Positions 13,590-24,994 of a DNA stretch of 64,000 nt are shown here, one piece after another. The notes under the pieces are model-generated. The model saw nothing but the letters and a program-made list of their open reading frames with translations. It was not told where the DNA came from and did not search any database. The position numbers and the translations under genes are program-made. The stretch spans positions 62,001 through 126,000 of the forward strand of contig NW_021835997.1 of the NCBI RefSeq assembly GCF_006345805.1, read 5' to 3'. How positions within the stretch are numbered: position 1 is the stretch's first letter; the number at the start of each line of letters is the position of its first letter. Source of the DNA: Octopus sinensis. Lineage: Eukaryota.

Positions 13590-14211
13590 GGTTTTCTTAA
13601 TGATTTCTTAATTTCTAGCAAAGCTATGTTTTTTGCACCACAACTTAAACTAATAAATTTTAAATACTCAAATGGTTTTTTGGAAAAATTTAAAAAACGA
13701 CATGGATTTCGAATACGAAAATTGCATGGAGAAATGAAAACAAACGATCCCGTTGACATCGAGTCTTTTCTTTCTAAATTTCATGAATGATGATCAAATT
13801 TACAACTTAAGTGAAACTGGATTTTTTTGTAAAATCATTCCTTTAAAATCCATTTGTCGTAACAGATTTAAAGATTACAAAAATTTTAACTATCGTGTTT
13901 CCATAATGCTTTGCACGAATATGAGTGGAACTCATAAATTAAAACCTGTGATTGATTGAAAAAGATTTATTAAAAAACATTGAAAACGAGCATGATGTCT
14001 TACCAATCTCATCTATAAGACACTACAAAGAAAATATACCGATATCTAAAAAAATGTGAATTGAATTTTACTTTAAAAAATATAATAACTGAAGATACAT
14101 TAAAGTAGTTTCCTTTAAAAATTATCGATTTTATTCTCTAATTGGCCATTTCTCAAATTGGCCAACAAAATTGAAGGAATCAAAAATGGCCATTTTAAGA
14201 GGGTTGAGTGT
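13590..14211 (+). mobile_element. Tigger/pogo-like transposon remnant
   Basis: FKYSNGFLEKFKKRHG (CENP-B-type HTH) and IYNLSETG...RVSIMLCTNMSGTHKLKP (DDE_1). Repeated tggcca motifs and an end at ...gagggttgagtg|ta. Confidence 0.75.
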
Positions 14212-14897
14212 ATTTTTATTCACGTTAATGCTATAACAAAGCCATTGATCAACAAATTCTTTTTAAATTTTTTTTTTTTTTTTTTAATACAGTCAAATTA
14301 ATTAATAGAGAATTAATGTCGTGAACTTGAGGGTTAGTCCGACGACGAAGCACTGGGAAAGCACTTTTTAAATTAGATGAAAATTTTTATTATTTTGGGT
14401 TTGAAAAAAATTGAAATTAAATTAATAAAAATTATTTTTTAATTCCTTTATAGATAAAATTTTCTAAAAAATACATTTTAATTGAATTCATTTTGGGTCG
14501 CTTTTGCTGAAAACAAACATCTGACATTATTCATTAATGAATTTAGACGTTTTTTATATTTTGAATAAAAAATAGAAAAATCAACGAAAAAACTAATTCA
14601 TTTTCTCAACTGTTTATTATTTAATCAGCTCCTCAATATTACCGATTTTGTACTTTACAAATTCATATACTGCGATTATATTTACTATTCTAATTATTCC
14701 AACATCTCTACTCTTTAAGAAAACATTTAAAATAAATTATCATGACTATAAATATGTAAAAAAATCAATAAATTCTTGTAGATTTTAGCAAGCTCCACAG
14801 CATTGGGGGTATTTTTATCTGGTGGACTATTTTTGATTTTATTGTGAACTAAAAATAGATTTTTAGGAGTATTTTTAATCCAATTGAGTTTATATCA

Positions 14898-16253
14898 TGT
14901 CACAGTCCGAATAAAATACACGCCGAATAATTACATTCTTTAATTTTACTGAAATTAAAAATTTACACAACAAAATGTTTAATTATTATTAAAAATATGA
15001 TTTTTAATGTAAAATTCATTAACCTTTTTTACTAATTTATATAAACAAAACCAACCACACTCAATTTACGCAGTTAACTTATACGTTTGAATATTGTTAT
15101 TCCATTTTAGGTTATCCTAATAAAATTTTCATATAAAATTTATCGTTAATTTAAATAAAAAATTATTTTTATTATGGATTTATGAAAATTAATCAATTTT
15201 AGCTATTCGAGAAATATGAATTCCGTGTAACCGCTCACCGTCCTCCTTTTCGATAACATAGAGATCATTTCTTCGCTCGACAACAATATACTTATTAACA
15301 TCAAGTCCATCGTACAGCGGATACTGCCGAACATTGGCATCGTTGTCCTGTCTAAAAATTAATTTGACGCTTGAGACCTTAAAAGCACAGTCGTTCCGAC
15401 ATTGATATTTTCTTCGTCGTATCTCCATTTTCTTTTTTCAATCATTTTTTCGCCAGCAATAATTAAGTTTTCTAATGCACTTTCTCGTGCCTCTGATAAT
15501 CCAGTTGAATCATAGGCTAAAAGTTGCTCCATTCCCCCTTCATCAATCCTTCCAGGATTTTCAACACCCATGAATATATAAAAGGGATTTTTTTGTCGAA
15601 GAATGAATGCTGTTATTGTAATCATACACGATGTCCTTTATGCATTCGCGATATCGTCCAAAACAATTTTGAGAAGAACTTGCCGACGATATCCAGCGTT
15701 TTATGCTTTGATTAAATCTACAAATCGATTTTAAATCATTAACCTTTCGACTTGCCCTTGTACCCAAGGAGCACGAGGCCTCCCACGTACATGTTTTATA
15801 CCATATTTCGTACATAGAGCATCCATTTGCGAATTGCAAAATTCATACCCAGCTAAAGCCATCATTCAACGCCGAATATCTTCTGAGGTCAATTAAATCC
15901 GCAATGTATCTGTCCCTACATCTCCTTTAAGCCCATTTTTTCGAAAATATGTTTTTCCATTTTCAAAATGGAAATTCTTTCCCAATTTTGTGAGCCTGTA
16001 TCGCTCATTCCGCTCGATTGACGATGTATCAAAGTTGGAGTCTTTCATTTCTTTGATTTTGTCCAGTGTTTCCTTAAATAATCTCACTACACGCATGTTT
16101 CACGCTTTTTTAAATAAAAAATAATAATGTGATTCTACTAAAATAAATAATCAATTATTGATTTTTTTCATACTAATTTTTAGATTTCTAATTTTTTCAG
16201 CCATTTGTGACAAGTGTAGATTATTCGGCGTGTATTTTATTCGGACTGTCACA
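14898..16253 (-). mobile_element. Ginger-type integrase DNA transposon, internally deleted
   Basis: About 34-bp TIRs TGT(C/G)ACAGTCCGAATAAAATACACGCCGAATAAT at 14898 and ending at 16253. Integrase remnants GRPRAPWVQGQVER and YNNSIHSSTK, and an SH3-like C-terminus. No clear TSD. Confidence 0.85.
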
Positions 16254-17488
16254 TATTCTTTTATCCAATTAAGTCTTTTTACGTTTAAAAAAAGTTTTAG
16301 TCACGTTTCTTATTAGTTCAGAGCCTCGTTTCTCTCTTTAAATATTTGATGTAAAAGCATTTTTTCAATTATCCAACAAATAATTTTTAATTATTATTTT
16401 TAGAAATTTTTAAAATAACTCATTAATTTCTGACTAATTAACTATGTTAGCGGCAATAATGTCATTTAACAGGCTTGATTTATTCATTTCGTTTTTAATA
16501 CAGTGCGACTTTGAACTGGGTCTCCTTTTTCTCCAGAGTGTATCTCATTCAATTACCTGTAAAATTATAACTTTGCTGAATAATATATTCTCTGAAATAT
16601 TTTCGGCCATCTCTAATTTTAAAAAAATATCATTAGGCCAAATTGAAATTGTTCTTCACAGTGCAGGAGTGTCCTGAGTTCTTTGCAATAAATTTGAAGA
16701 AAAAATTATAGTCTTGGTTTTTAAATTTGACTTTCTCCGAAACCATATATCTATAAAAAAGACGTAATTTTAAACAAGGATGTACGTATATGATAATATG
16801 AGTTCATAAACATTGATAGACTAATATAACATCAAACACAATGTGATAGCAATCGAAAGTCTGATCATCAAAATACTCATTAAATCAATTATAGAAAATT
16901 AACTCATTTTCAATATTTTTTCAAGTTATTCAACCGCCTTGGTAGTATGCTGTCAACCAATCTTACTTCGTCCAATTTAGTTAAGGACGTACTTTGCTAT
17001 TACCTCTAATTGTTTTTTGCATTGATTTTGCTCTTCTCCATACCTAAACTAGTTTCAAAATTTTATTAAACAAATTGGAGAAACATTTGTTGTTTTAATC
17101 ATAGCAATCTCTAAAAGCCACTTTTTAAATATTATTATTGGCAACTTTCGTGGAACATAGTAGTTATGTTTCCACACGTGCGGCCACATAAGATCAAGAC
17201 AGAGAGAGAAAATGTTATTTAGTAACTAGCTAATTTGAACCCAGGAGCTTCGGAAAGCTACCAAGTTTTTTAAGCACTGTACCATCCCAATGCCAAATTC
17301 ATTAAAAAAATAAATTGATAATGTTTGTCTATTAAACTAAACAATTGATTTTACTGCTCGTAGGGAAACTAAAATTGGCAATTGTCTTGATTCGATTTTG
17401 TTTGATCTCCGCGGTATACTTTCCGTAATATTTCTCCAGTTTTTTATTAAACTTCATGTTCAATTCTAACATCTAACAATTCTAACAT

Positions 17489-18000
17489 AAGTTTTAAAAA
17501 TATTAAAATGCCTCCAGCTAATATAGATAATTTAAGTGCATTCTTAATAATGTTTTTAATTTTAATTTTTTAGAAAAAGTCTGTAATTTATTTGTTCCAC
17601 TGTTCTTCATTATTTTTGTGTTGTTAAATCTAACTTTTAGTCCCTATTTTATATGATTTTTATTCAATTTTTATCAAGAATATATTTAATAAATGCATTT
17701 TAGTAAAAATTAAATACGTTTTTCATTTGTCAAATATTTTCAAACAGAAAATTAGTCAAATTAATTTTTACTCTCTTATCAGTGAATTAATTTTTATTTA
17801 AAATGCATTTTTATTTATTATATAACACGGGTTGAGATTGACCGCAAATCCCCCATTACCAATTTTCTTCAACCAATTACAAATTTTATTACAATTTGGA
17901 AAAAAACAAACTTATTGTTTTTTTGTATATCATCGATTTCTTTATCTGGTAGAACATCGGTTAAGGGACAAAAATAATCAAATATATTTTTTGGACTAAC
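17489..18000. repeat. Dispersed diverged repeat, homologous to 28507-29260; probably a decayed minus-strand gene of unknown family
   Basis: Colinear shared blocks aagttttaaaaatattaaaatgcc.cagctaatata, aatatatttaataaatgcatttta and gattgaccgcaaatccc. Confidence 0.7.
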
Positions 18001-18059
18001 ACGAATTTGCGTTTGAGTCAGGCAAACATAATTTTCGATCCCCCTTTTAGCAGGCAAAT

Positions 18060-19035
18060 AAATCTATTGCAAACAGTCTTCAGTTTATTTTGTATTGTCT
18101 AAATTTGTTTGGAATAAAATGAATTTACTCCAATTCTTGTCTGAAGAACACTAGCGTCATCGAATCGATTTATACACTTGGCTATAATATCGGCCTTGTC
18201 TTTAAAAATTATTACAATATAACGTGGATTGTGTTTTGAACTTTGTTGTGTATTATTTTCAAAATAATTACATTTTGTTGTATCAATTAATATAGAAAAT
18301 TTTTTCCGAATAACTGGAATTTTACTATAAAGTAATAATTATCTTCACTAACCAGAGAAGATTCGTTTTGACTGTAGAATGTGGAATAAGATTTTCACTA
18401 TGGAATTCGTTAGAGGGAAATTTCATAATTGTTTCGTTCATTAGATATTGAATTGTCAACATATTTACATTTTGTGGGTGAAGAATTGAAACCATTTCCA
18501 TTAGTGATACAGATAAATCCCGTCTTTCTGCTCTAATTCGAATTAATCCACGATAATATTACTTTTTGATTTAATTATCGGAGGTAATTGGGAATCATCA
18601 CCTGCCATTTTGCAATTTTTGGACAATAGTAGTCAGATCCACCCTGCAGATTCCAAAGCCTAAATATAATTACAAATTAAAAAGACTTGGCTGCATTCAT
18701 CAATTATGATAACATCAAATTTTTCAGGAAACGAATTTAGTTTTGAAGCACCAGCTAATGTGGTAAAGACAATTCTAGAAGCCCGAATTATTTCTTCTAT
18801 CTCAGTTCTTCTGACGTTATTATTAATGTTCATATTATCTCGACGTGCTTCAGAATTAAATATATAAACTCTGGAATCACTATTTCATTTTTCGATTAAC
18901 TCCAAAAGCTGACATTGCCATTTGACTTGAAATCGAGTTGGCTAACATTCGAACTTCGTTTCCAATTCTTACAAACGAGGCCTCAGGAATGTTCAGGAAA
19001 CTGAATCGGCCAAATAAATTATCTTCCGTGCGCGG
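18060..19035 (-). pseudogene. IGHMBP2/Upf1-like SF1 helicase pseudogene fragment (paralog 2)
   Basis: DNLFGRFSFLNIPEASFVRIG...IVFTTLAGA...FDVIIIDECSQ|ALE...MAGDDSQLPP...LTIQYLMN. The micro-intron after DECSQ matches the paralog at 43.2 kb. Stops and frameshifts. Confidence 0.85.
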
Positions 19036-19069
19036 CGCAGACCGGCAACAGTGGATAACAAATCCTCGA

Positions 19070-19120
19070 ATAGTTTGACCTTAATCCCACTTTGTTTGAC
19101 GTTAATCCCATTTAGTATAG
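19070..19120. repeat. Terminal-repeat fragment of the Tc1/IS630-like element
   Basis: tagtttgac.ttaatccca.tt units match the subterminal repeats at 23745-23840. Confidence 0.6.
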
Positions 19121-20510
19121 GAAATGGTATAGATTGCCTAAAAAGTCTGATAGCCCAATTGGAATCCATATGGCTAACCCTAAACACCAATAAGTGTAAA
19201 GTGATCAATTTTGAATTTTCGCAGCCTGAATGCAACCAGATTCTTGATACATTCAGAGAGATCATGCCTAAAGCCACAGAAACCAAATCAGAACAACTAG
19301 ATATACTTAGATGCTTCTCTGATGCGGGAATCAGTAACACTCTAATAACAAAAGAACATCAACTAAAAACAACATTCAGACGTCTGGAGATGTTGTACGC
19401 ACATACCTCCCTATTCCTGCTAAGAAACGCCTTGCCAGCATAAAAACTGAATTACGTTCTTCGGAGCGCACCCTACTACCTGGAAATGCAACAGCTCGAT
19501 TATATTGATGGTCTCTTTCGAACCACCATTGAACGCATCACCAATGTGAAATTCGACGACCAAGGGTGGGACCAGGCGACCATACCCGTTAACCTGGGCG
19601 GACTGGGAATCCCTTCTCCGAAAGATTTAGCTTGCCCCGCATATCTATCCTCTTTGGACTCCAGTCGACTGCTGATCAGGATGATTCTCCAACTCCAAAC
19701 TGAATCATCTGAAATCACAGACATAAAGCATTCGAGGGGGATGATGCCTGAGAAGAAAGATCGTTACAGGATCATTTGCGAGGATAAATATGAGAGGCTT
19801 CTAAACCAATCCAACCAACACAGACGTGCCTGTCTAGTGACTGGAAGATGCAAATCGAGTGGAGCTTGGATCACGCACTCCCCGTTGATAGTGTCGGAAC
19901 CCACCTTGACGACGATACTGTCCGCATCAACATAAGACTTGGAATGGAGTTTTGCCGGACTCACAAATACCGGTGTGGGGCCACGTCGATTGTTATGGAC
20001 ACCATGCTTACTCTTGTCGAAGAAGTGCAGGACGATTCCCAAGACACAAGGCGATTAACGAATTTTTCAAGCGAGCCGTGGAGTCTGCAGGATATTCCGC
20101 CGTACTTGAACTGGTCGGGCTTGACAGAGGAGATGGAAAACGTCCTGATGGGATCACAATTTTCCCATTTGAAAACATTGCCGGGAGCGCAGTGGACAGA
20201 CTGTATGCCGCGGAAAAAACGATGAGGGCAAAGGAGAGAAAATATGAAGCGCTGCGAGACCGATTCGTGTTCTGTTCGATTGTGGTCGAGACAACTGGAG
20301 GAATAAGTGGGAAATCGCTTCGCTTCCTAAAGAAGCTTGGACGCTTAGTTACATTAAAAAGCTACGCCACACGAGAGACCCGGTAGCTTTTCCAGTTGAA
20401 CTCCGTTGCTATTGTGAGAGGCAACGCAACGTCAATAATGTTGGCGGGGTCCACTTCGGATGGATGCTTTTGTTAACTTTTAGTAAATTACAATTATTTT
20501 ACAATAAATC
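19120..20510 (+). mobile_element. CRE-clade retrotransposon, 5'-truncated and degenerate
   Basis: LRSAP...QATIPVNLGGLGIPS...PAYLSS...SAGRFPRH...DRGDGKRPDG...VETTG. Stops and frameshifts. Confidence 0.9.
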
Positions 20511-20931
20511 ATTTAATTTTTAAAATATTTTAAATTTATTGACTTAATTAGGATAAATTACATATCACGTTTTATGCACGTTATTTTCTTATTTTGTTGT
20601 GTTTCTGGTTGTTAATCTGGTTTCAATTAATTATTGTTATTATTGGGTGTTAATTTTTATTTTTTCTTGAAATTAATACTTTATTTTTATAATATTTTTG
20701 TTTTTTATTTGTTTGAAGATTAATTAAATTGACTACTGGTAAAATATTTTCTATAAAGTTTATTTTGCAAGTAAATTTGTATTTATTTTATCAATCAATT
20801 AATCTTCATTCATAAGGATTTCTTAAATTAAATTTAATTCTTTTTAGTATTTTAAATTTTGATTTTTTGGTATTTCGATCTTTTTTTTAGTATTTTATTG
20901 TGTATTTTTATTGTGGCAGTTCATTCTAGTA

Positions 20932-21560
20932 CAGTGGTCGGCAGAATTTCCGACTTCACAGGCCGGATTATAAAATATTATTGGTCTGCGGGCCGGATAA
21001 TTTTTTTACTTATTTAAGGCTAATATTAATTAATTGAATAAAACTTTCTTAACCAAACAACGAGTAAATTTTATTTTAATTGAACTTGCTGTTTAATTTT
21101 TCATATACTGTTGTTTTTTGTTCGAGAGTTCATCGATATTAGGTGCATAGGTCGTTTTCGATAAAGTTAAAACATCATTAAGATGATTATCCGCAATTCT
21201 TGTTCTATGATTATTTTTCCTGTGTTTCATTTTTGAAAATAACTGTTCGCAAACACAAAGTACTTCCAAATAAAGATATCATTTTTTGGAATGGCTTACT
21301 AACAGCGTATGTTTTCTACGCGGTTGAACATATTTCTCATAAAATTCCACAATGTTACAAAGATTTGAATAAAAAATCGTTTTAAGAACATGATCAGACT
21401 GTAAATCTATAAGTTTCAATTGATAAATTTTATTTGCTGATTTCTACATCAAAAGGTATAGAAAACATTTAAAATTCGTCCGAATGAGCTCTAAAGTCCA
21501 AAAATCGAGATGAAAATTCGGATTTTAATTCGATAAGGACTTCTAAAAGAATGAATATAT
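20932..21560 (-). mobile_element. hAT (GTF2IRD2/SPIN-like) transposon 3' end
   Basis: End cagtggtcggcag...gcgggccgga. Dimerisation-domain remnants FGST...CEQLFSKM...IADNHLNDVL...YAPNIDEL. Confidence 0.75.
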
Positions 21561-21577
21561 CATTTGATTTTGTTTCT

Positions 21578-21790
21578 TTTATTTATTTATTTATTTACCC
21601 CCGGCCCCTTCAATTGAAGGAAGCCGGTGGCTAACAAGAACGTTAGGGCCAATGTCGGACGCTCCCAAAGATCCCCGATCGTGATCCGGTGTTCCGAGGA
21701 AGTAGAAGGCGGGCCTGGACAGGAGAAAAGGTCGTTGAGGGAATAGGAAGGGGTTATTTCACCAAGACCGATTTTTATGCGATAATTGTT
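21578..21790 (-). mobile_element. 3' end of a non-LTR retrotransposon with a (TAAA)n tail
   Basis: GC-rich block encoding ...DLFSCP...ITIGDLWERPTLALTFL, followed by a TAAA microsatellite (tttatttatttatttattta on +). Confidence 0.55.
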
Positions 21791-21891
21791 TCTTTTAAAT
21801 TTGTGAAATGAATGAAGTTTCGATTTTCGAATTGACAGATCCACAAATTAATCTTATTTTAAAAAAAGTGGAAAACGGAATAAGCTAGCTA

Positions 21892-22470
21892 TTAAGTACC
21901 GGCTCGCACATCGAGAGACATGGAGCTGAATGCCGATGATTTCACTAATCCTAACCCTTTCTGGTATATACATAAATGGTCTGGATTTAAGACCGCGAAG
22001 CAGTGACCAATGAAGCGACTAACTTTATTTACGTGTGCTGACGCGAATAACTACTCTACCATCACTGCTCTTTCTAGTTCATTAGGGAATGCTGCGCATA
22101 GGGAAACCACACGAGATAATACTGCATTCCCAGCATTATAAAAAGGAATCGTGCAGAATCTCAATGCTGACATTGGATCTTCAGGACATGTATAAAGCAT
22201 TTTGTATAGTAAACAGCATAGTTTATCTAGACCTCGGTCTGGAAGATATTTTTGGTACATTTTTAATACAAGTGAACGTTCCGGCTGGTATGTTGGATCT
22301 AAGTTCCGCATTACTGTGTGAAATCTGTCCATTAGTGGGTCGACAGCATCAGGATTTCGCTCTGCTGCGTGAGCAAATCTTACAGGCGCTAACACTTTCA
22401 TTAGTGCTACTCTCCATTCTTCGAGAGTTACTCTTCCACCTTCTGTACCCGACTCTCCATAATTTAAAGC
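21892..22470 (-). other. Intronless orphan coding remnant, possibly an endogenised mononegavirus-like nucleoprotein
   Basis: About 190 codons with one internal TAG (22051-22053). FYNAGNAVL...YQKGLGLVKSSAFSS loosely recalls conserved core segments of N proteins. No introns, unlike host genes. Confidence 0.35.
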
Positions 22471-22483
22471 CATCGGTGCGGTT

Positions 22484-22965
22484 TTAATCAAAAAACCTTT
22501 TCCAACCAGAGAAAATCCGGTTATGTCTTGATACGGATTCGTTGTCCAGGAACATTCCAGCAGAGGAAATCGGCAAAGCGTCAATCCAATCGACCGAGTG
22601 GGGTTGACAGGCACAATTAATGCTTGCCAACTGAAACTGGTCAGCACGTAGGCGGATATCTTCGAGTGTATGCGAACAATGTATCTCATCCCAGTTCTTT
22701 TGAACTGAGGGGACGTCCGGGATTTTAAGCCCACGAGAAATCCACATGTTGACGACACCTGCCGCATATTCCGACAACTCGGGCTGTTCAGAGAAGGGGA
22801 AGAGAACAGAGTTCACGAAACTAGCGGAAGCAGACAACGAGGAAAGGTAACATGGGAGGGATAAATCTCCACAAGAACGAATGCCGATGCCCCCGTAACG
22901 AATAGGTAAATTAACCTGTCGCATGTCTGAAGGTTTGAATTTGATATTTACGAGTAGCTCAAGAG
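22484..22965 (-). mobile_element. CRE-clade retrotransposon internal fragment
   Basis: QVNLPIRYGGIGIRS..DLSLPCYLSS...QKNWDE...QPHSVDWIDALPISSAG. Confidence 0.85.
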
Positions 22966-22989
22966 TTTTGTTTGTTTAAATTTTATGTT

Positions 22990-23845
22990 AACCATATTTA
23001 GTGTGTCAGCAATATTTCCCTGTATTCCAGAAATAAAGTTGTACATAATCTTTAGATGTAATTGTTTTCATTCTATCTACAATTATTTGTTCAAGTATCC
23101 GTGTTCGATACTCTTTAATTGACAAACCTTCTCCTTGTTGGAATAAAATTTGGTTTTTTTAGAAGAGATGTCTCTTTTCATGTGAGCTTTTACTTTTGAC
23201 CATACATTTTGTATGGGGTTAAGCATTGGGCTGTACGGACCGAGACGAAGAATGTGAAAATCATTAAATTTTAAATATTTTTTAACAAATTTTTTTCTCT
23301 TGATTTTGTTAATTTCACAATTAGCTTTTTCAGGGTCGAATCTCAATTTCTTTAATGTATACAAACTTAGATCGAGATGTCGAGCGATACTTGATATTGA
23401 TAATTTCGGAAAAATTAATTCAAATTTTCGTTTTATTCCATGAAGGGTAATTGTGCTATAGTCTTCAATGCATGATATAAAAAAGTCGATATGTTCTTCG
23501 TCAAACTTTTTTCTATAATTTCCACCTCTCGTGTCAGGTTTAACTCCATCCATTATCCAACGATATGCTGTTGTTCTCGAGATATTGAGTTCAATTGCCT
23601 TTTTTTCCAATCCCCACCTGATTCTGCAGCTGAAATTAAATGTATTTCATTTCTATGTATTTGATTTTTCTCTTCCAATGATTTACGTGGCATTTTTATT
23701 TTCTGCGTCGAAATATAATATTTATAATAAACGTAATCTTTTATTGATCCCATTTAGTTCGTTATTAAGTCCAGTTAGTTTGACGTTAATCTCATTTAAT
23801 TTTCTGCTAATCCCACTTAGTTTGATGTTAATCTCATTTACTATC
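22990..23845 (-). mobile_element. Tc1/IS630-like (DDE_3) transposon, internally deleted
   Basis: HTH AIELNISRTTAYRW...RGG and LGPYSPMLNPIQNVWSKVK. The first two catalytic regions are missing. Subterminal tandem repeats at 23745-23840. Confidence 0.85.
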
Positions 23846-24469
23846 GAAAATTATAATAAAAATTCAATTTATGAGAAAAACATACCCCCAAAAGAAACAC
23901 AACGTGATGGGTTCGACTGCGCAGATCCCAAATATTTTGTGACGCGAGGCGACAACCATCTTAAGTGCTTTGTCGACATTGCCCAGTGGACCGGTTTTTT
24001 AGCTGCCAGATTCTTTGCAACCCGTGCATTTATCGGGCATCGTAGCCCGCCAGTTGCCCAGTGTTGTTGCAATTAATGCAATTTTTTCAGCAGTATTCGA
24101 AAAGCAGTTACCAATATCTTTAAATTTGAAAAATATAATAACTCGTTTATTTTTATCAATAAGTAACTGCTGAATAATTTCTATTAAGACAGCGGTTTTT
24201 CCTGTTCCAGCCAGTCCTCGTATAACTGCAAGATTCGGTTTAAAAAGGCATATTTAACGGCATCTTTTTTCACATTGTTGAGTTTTTGGTAAGCAATTTG
24301 ATTGAAGAATGCGATTAAAAAGAATGGAGAGGAGATAGATTTAGCATATTCAACTATATTTAAAAACTAGGTAAAAAATTATTATTTTATTTTTTCATTA
24401 AATAAAATTTCAAATATTTATATCGGAAAATTCCATTTTTCCGATATTTTATTTTTTCATGATAGCAAG

Positions 24470-24912
24470 TTCTGAACTTTACATTCTGAAACATCACTTT
24501 CAAATGATACTGTTAGTAGACGAATAAATGATCTTGCTGAGAATATTTTGTGAATTGTAATTGACTCAATTGGCGTCTAAATTCTAAGATATTTTTCTGA
24601 TATTTCAGATTTTGATAAATAGTATCGTTTTCTGAACAACCCATTTTCAATTTCAGTTGAAAATCTTTCGTCTAAAAATTGTATAAATCAGGAAGAATTT
24701 ATCGACATGAAAAATTATGGATATGAAAAACACGTATTCACTGAAGTTTCGCGAAGCGATTTCTGGATTCAGATGGCTGATTCCTATTCAGAATTAGCAA
24801 ATATGCTACTTTAAGTGCTTATTCCATTTGCAACTAACATATGAGTGTGAGGCGGCATTTTCAACACTACCTACCATTAAATCAAAATTCCCAAATAGAT
24901 AAGATGTGTCAA
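24470..24912 (+). mobile_element. hAT (Buster/ZBED5/SCAND3-like) transposase remnant
   Basis: SLSNDTVSRRINDLAENI joined by a deletion to FW...YSELA...VLIPFAT.YECEAAFSTL. Confidence 0.75.
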
Positions 24913-24994
24913 ATAAAAAAAATTAAAACTCGTTTTAGTTTCAAACAATAATTTATTAAGTGTCATTTCTCATAGTAATCAAAACTAAACCATA

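Noticed and set aside
23745-23840. Short spaced repeats resembling a CRISPR array
   Set aside because: The units are degenerate and contiguous without unique spacers. They lie at the end of a Tc1/IS630 element in eukaryotic DNA, and there are no cas genes.
22089-24076. Plus-strand ORFs 22089-22487 and 23531-24076
   Set aside because: They are antisense shadows of minus-strand coding remnants and repeats, with no recognisable motifs.
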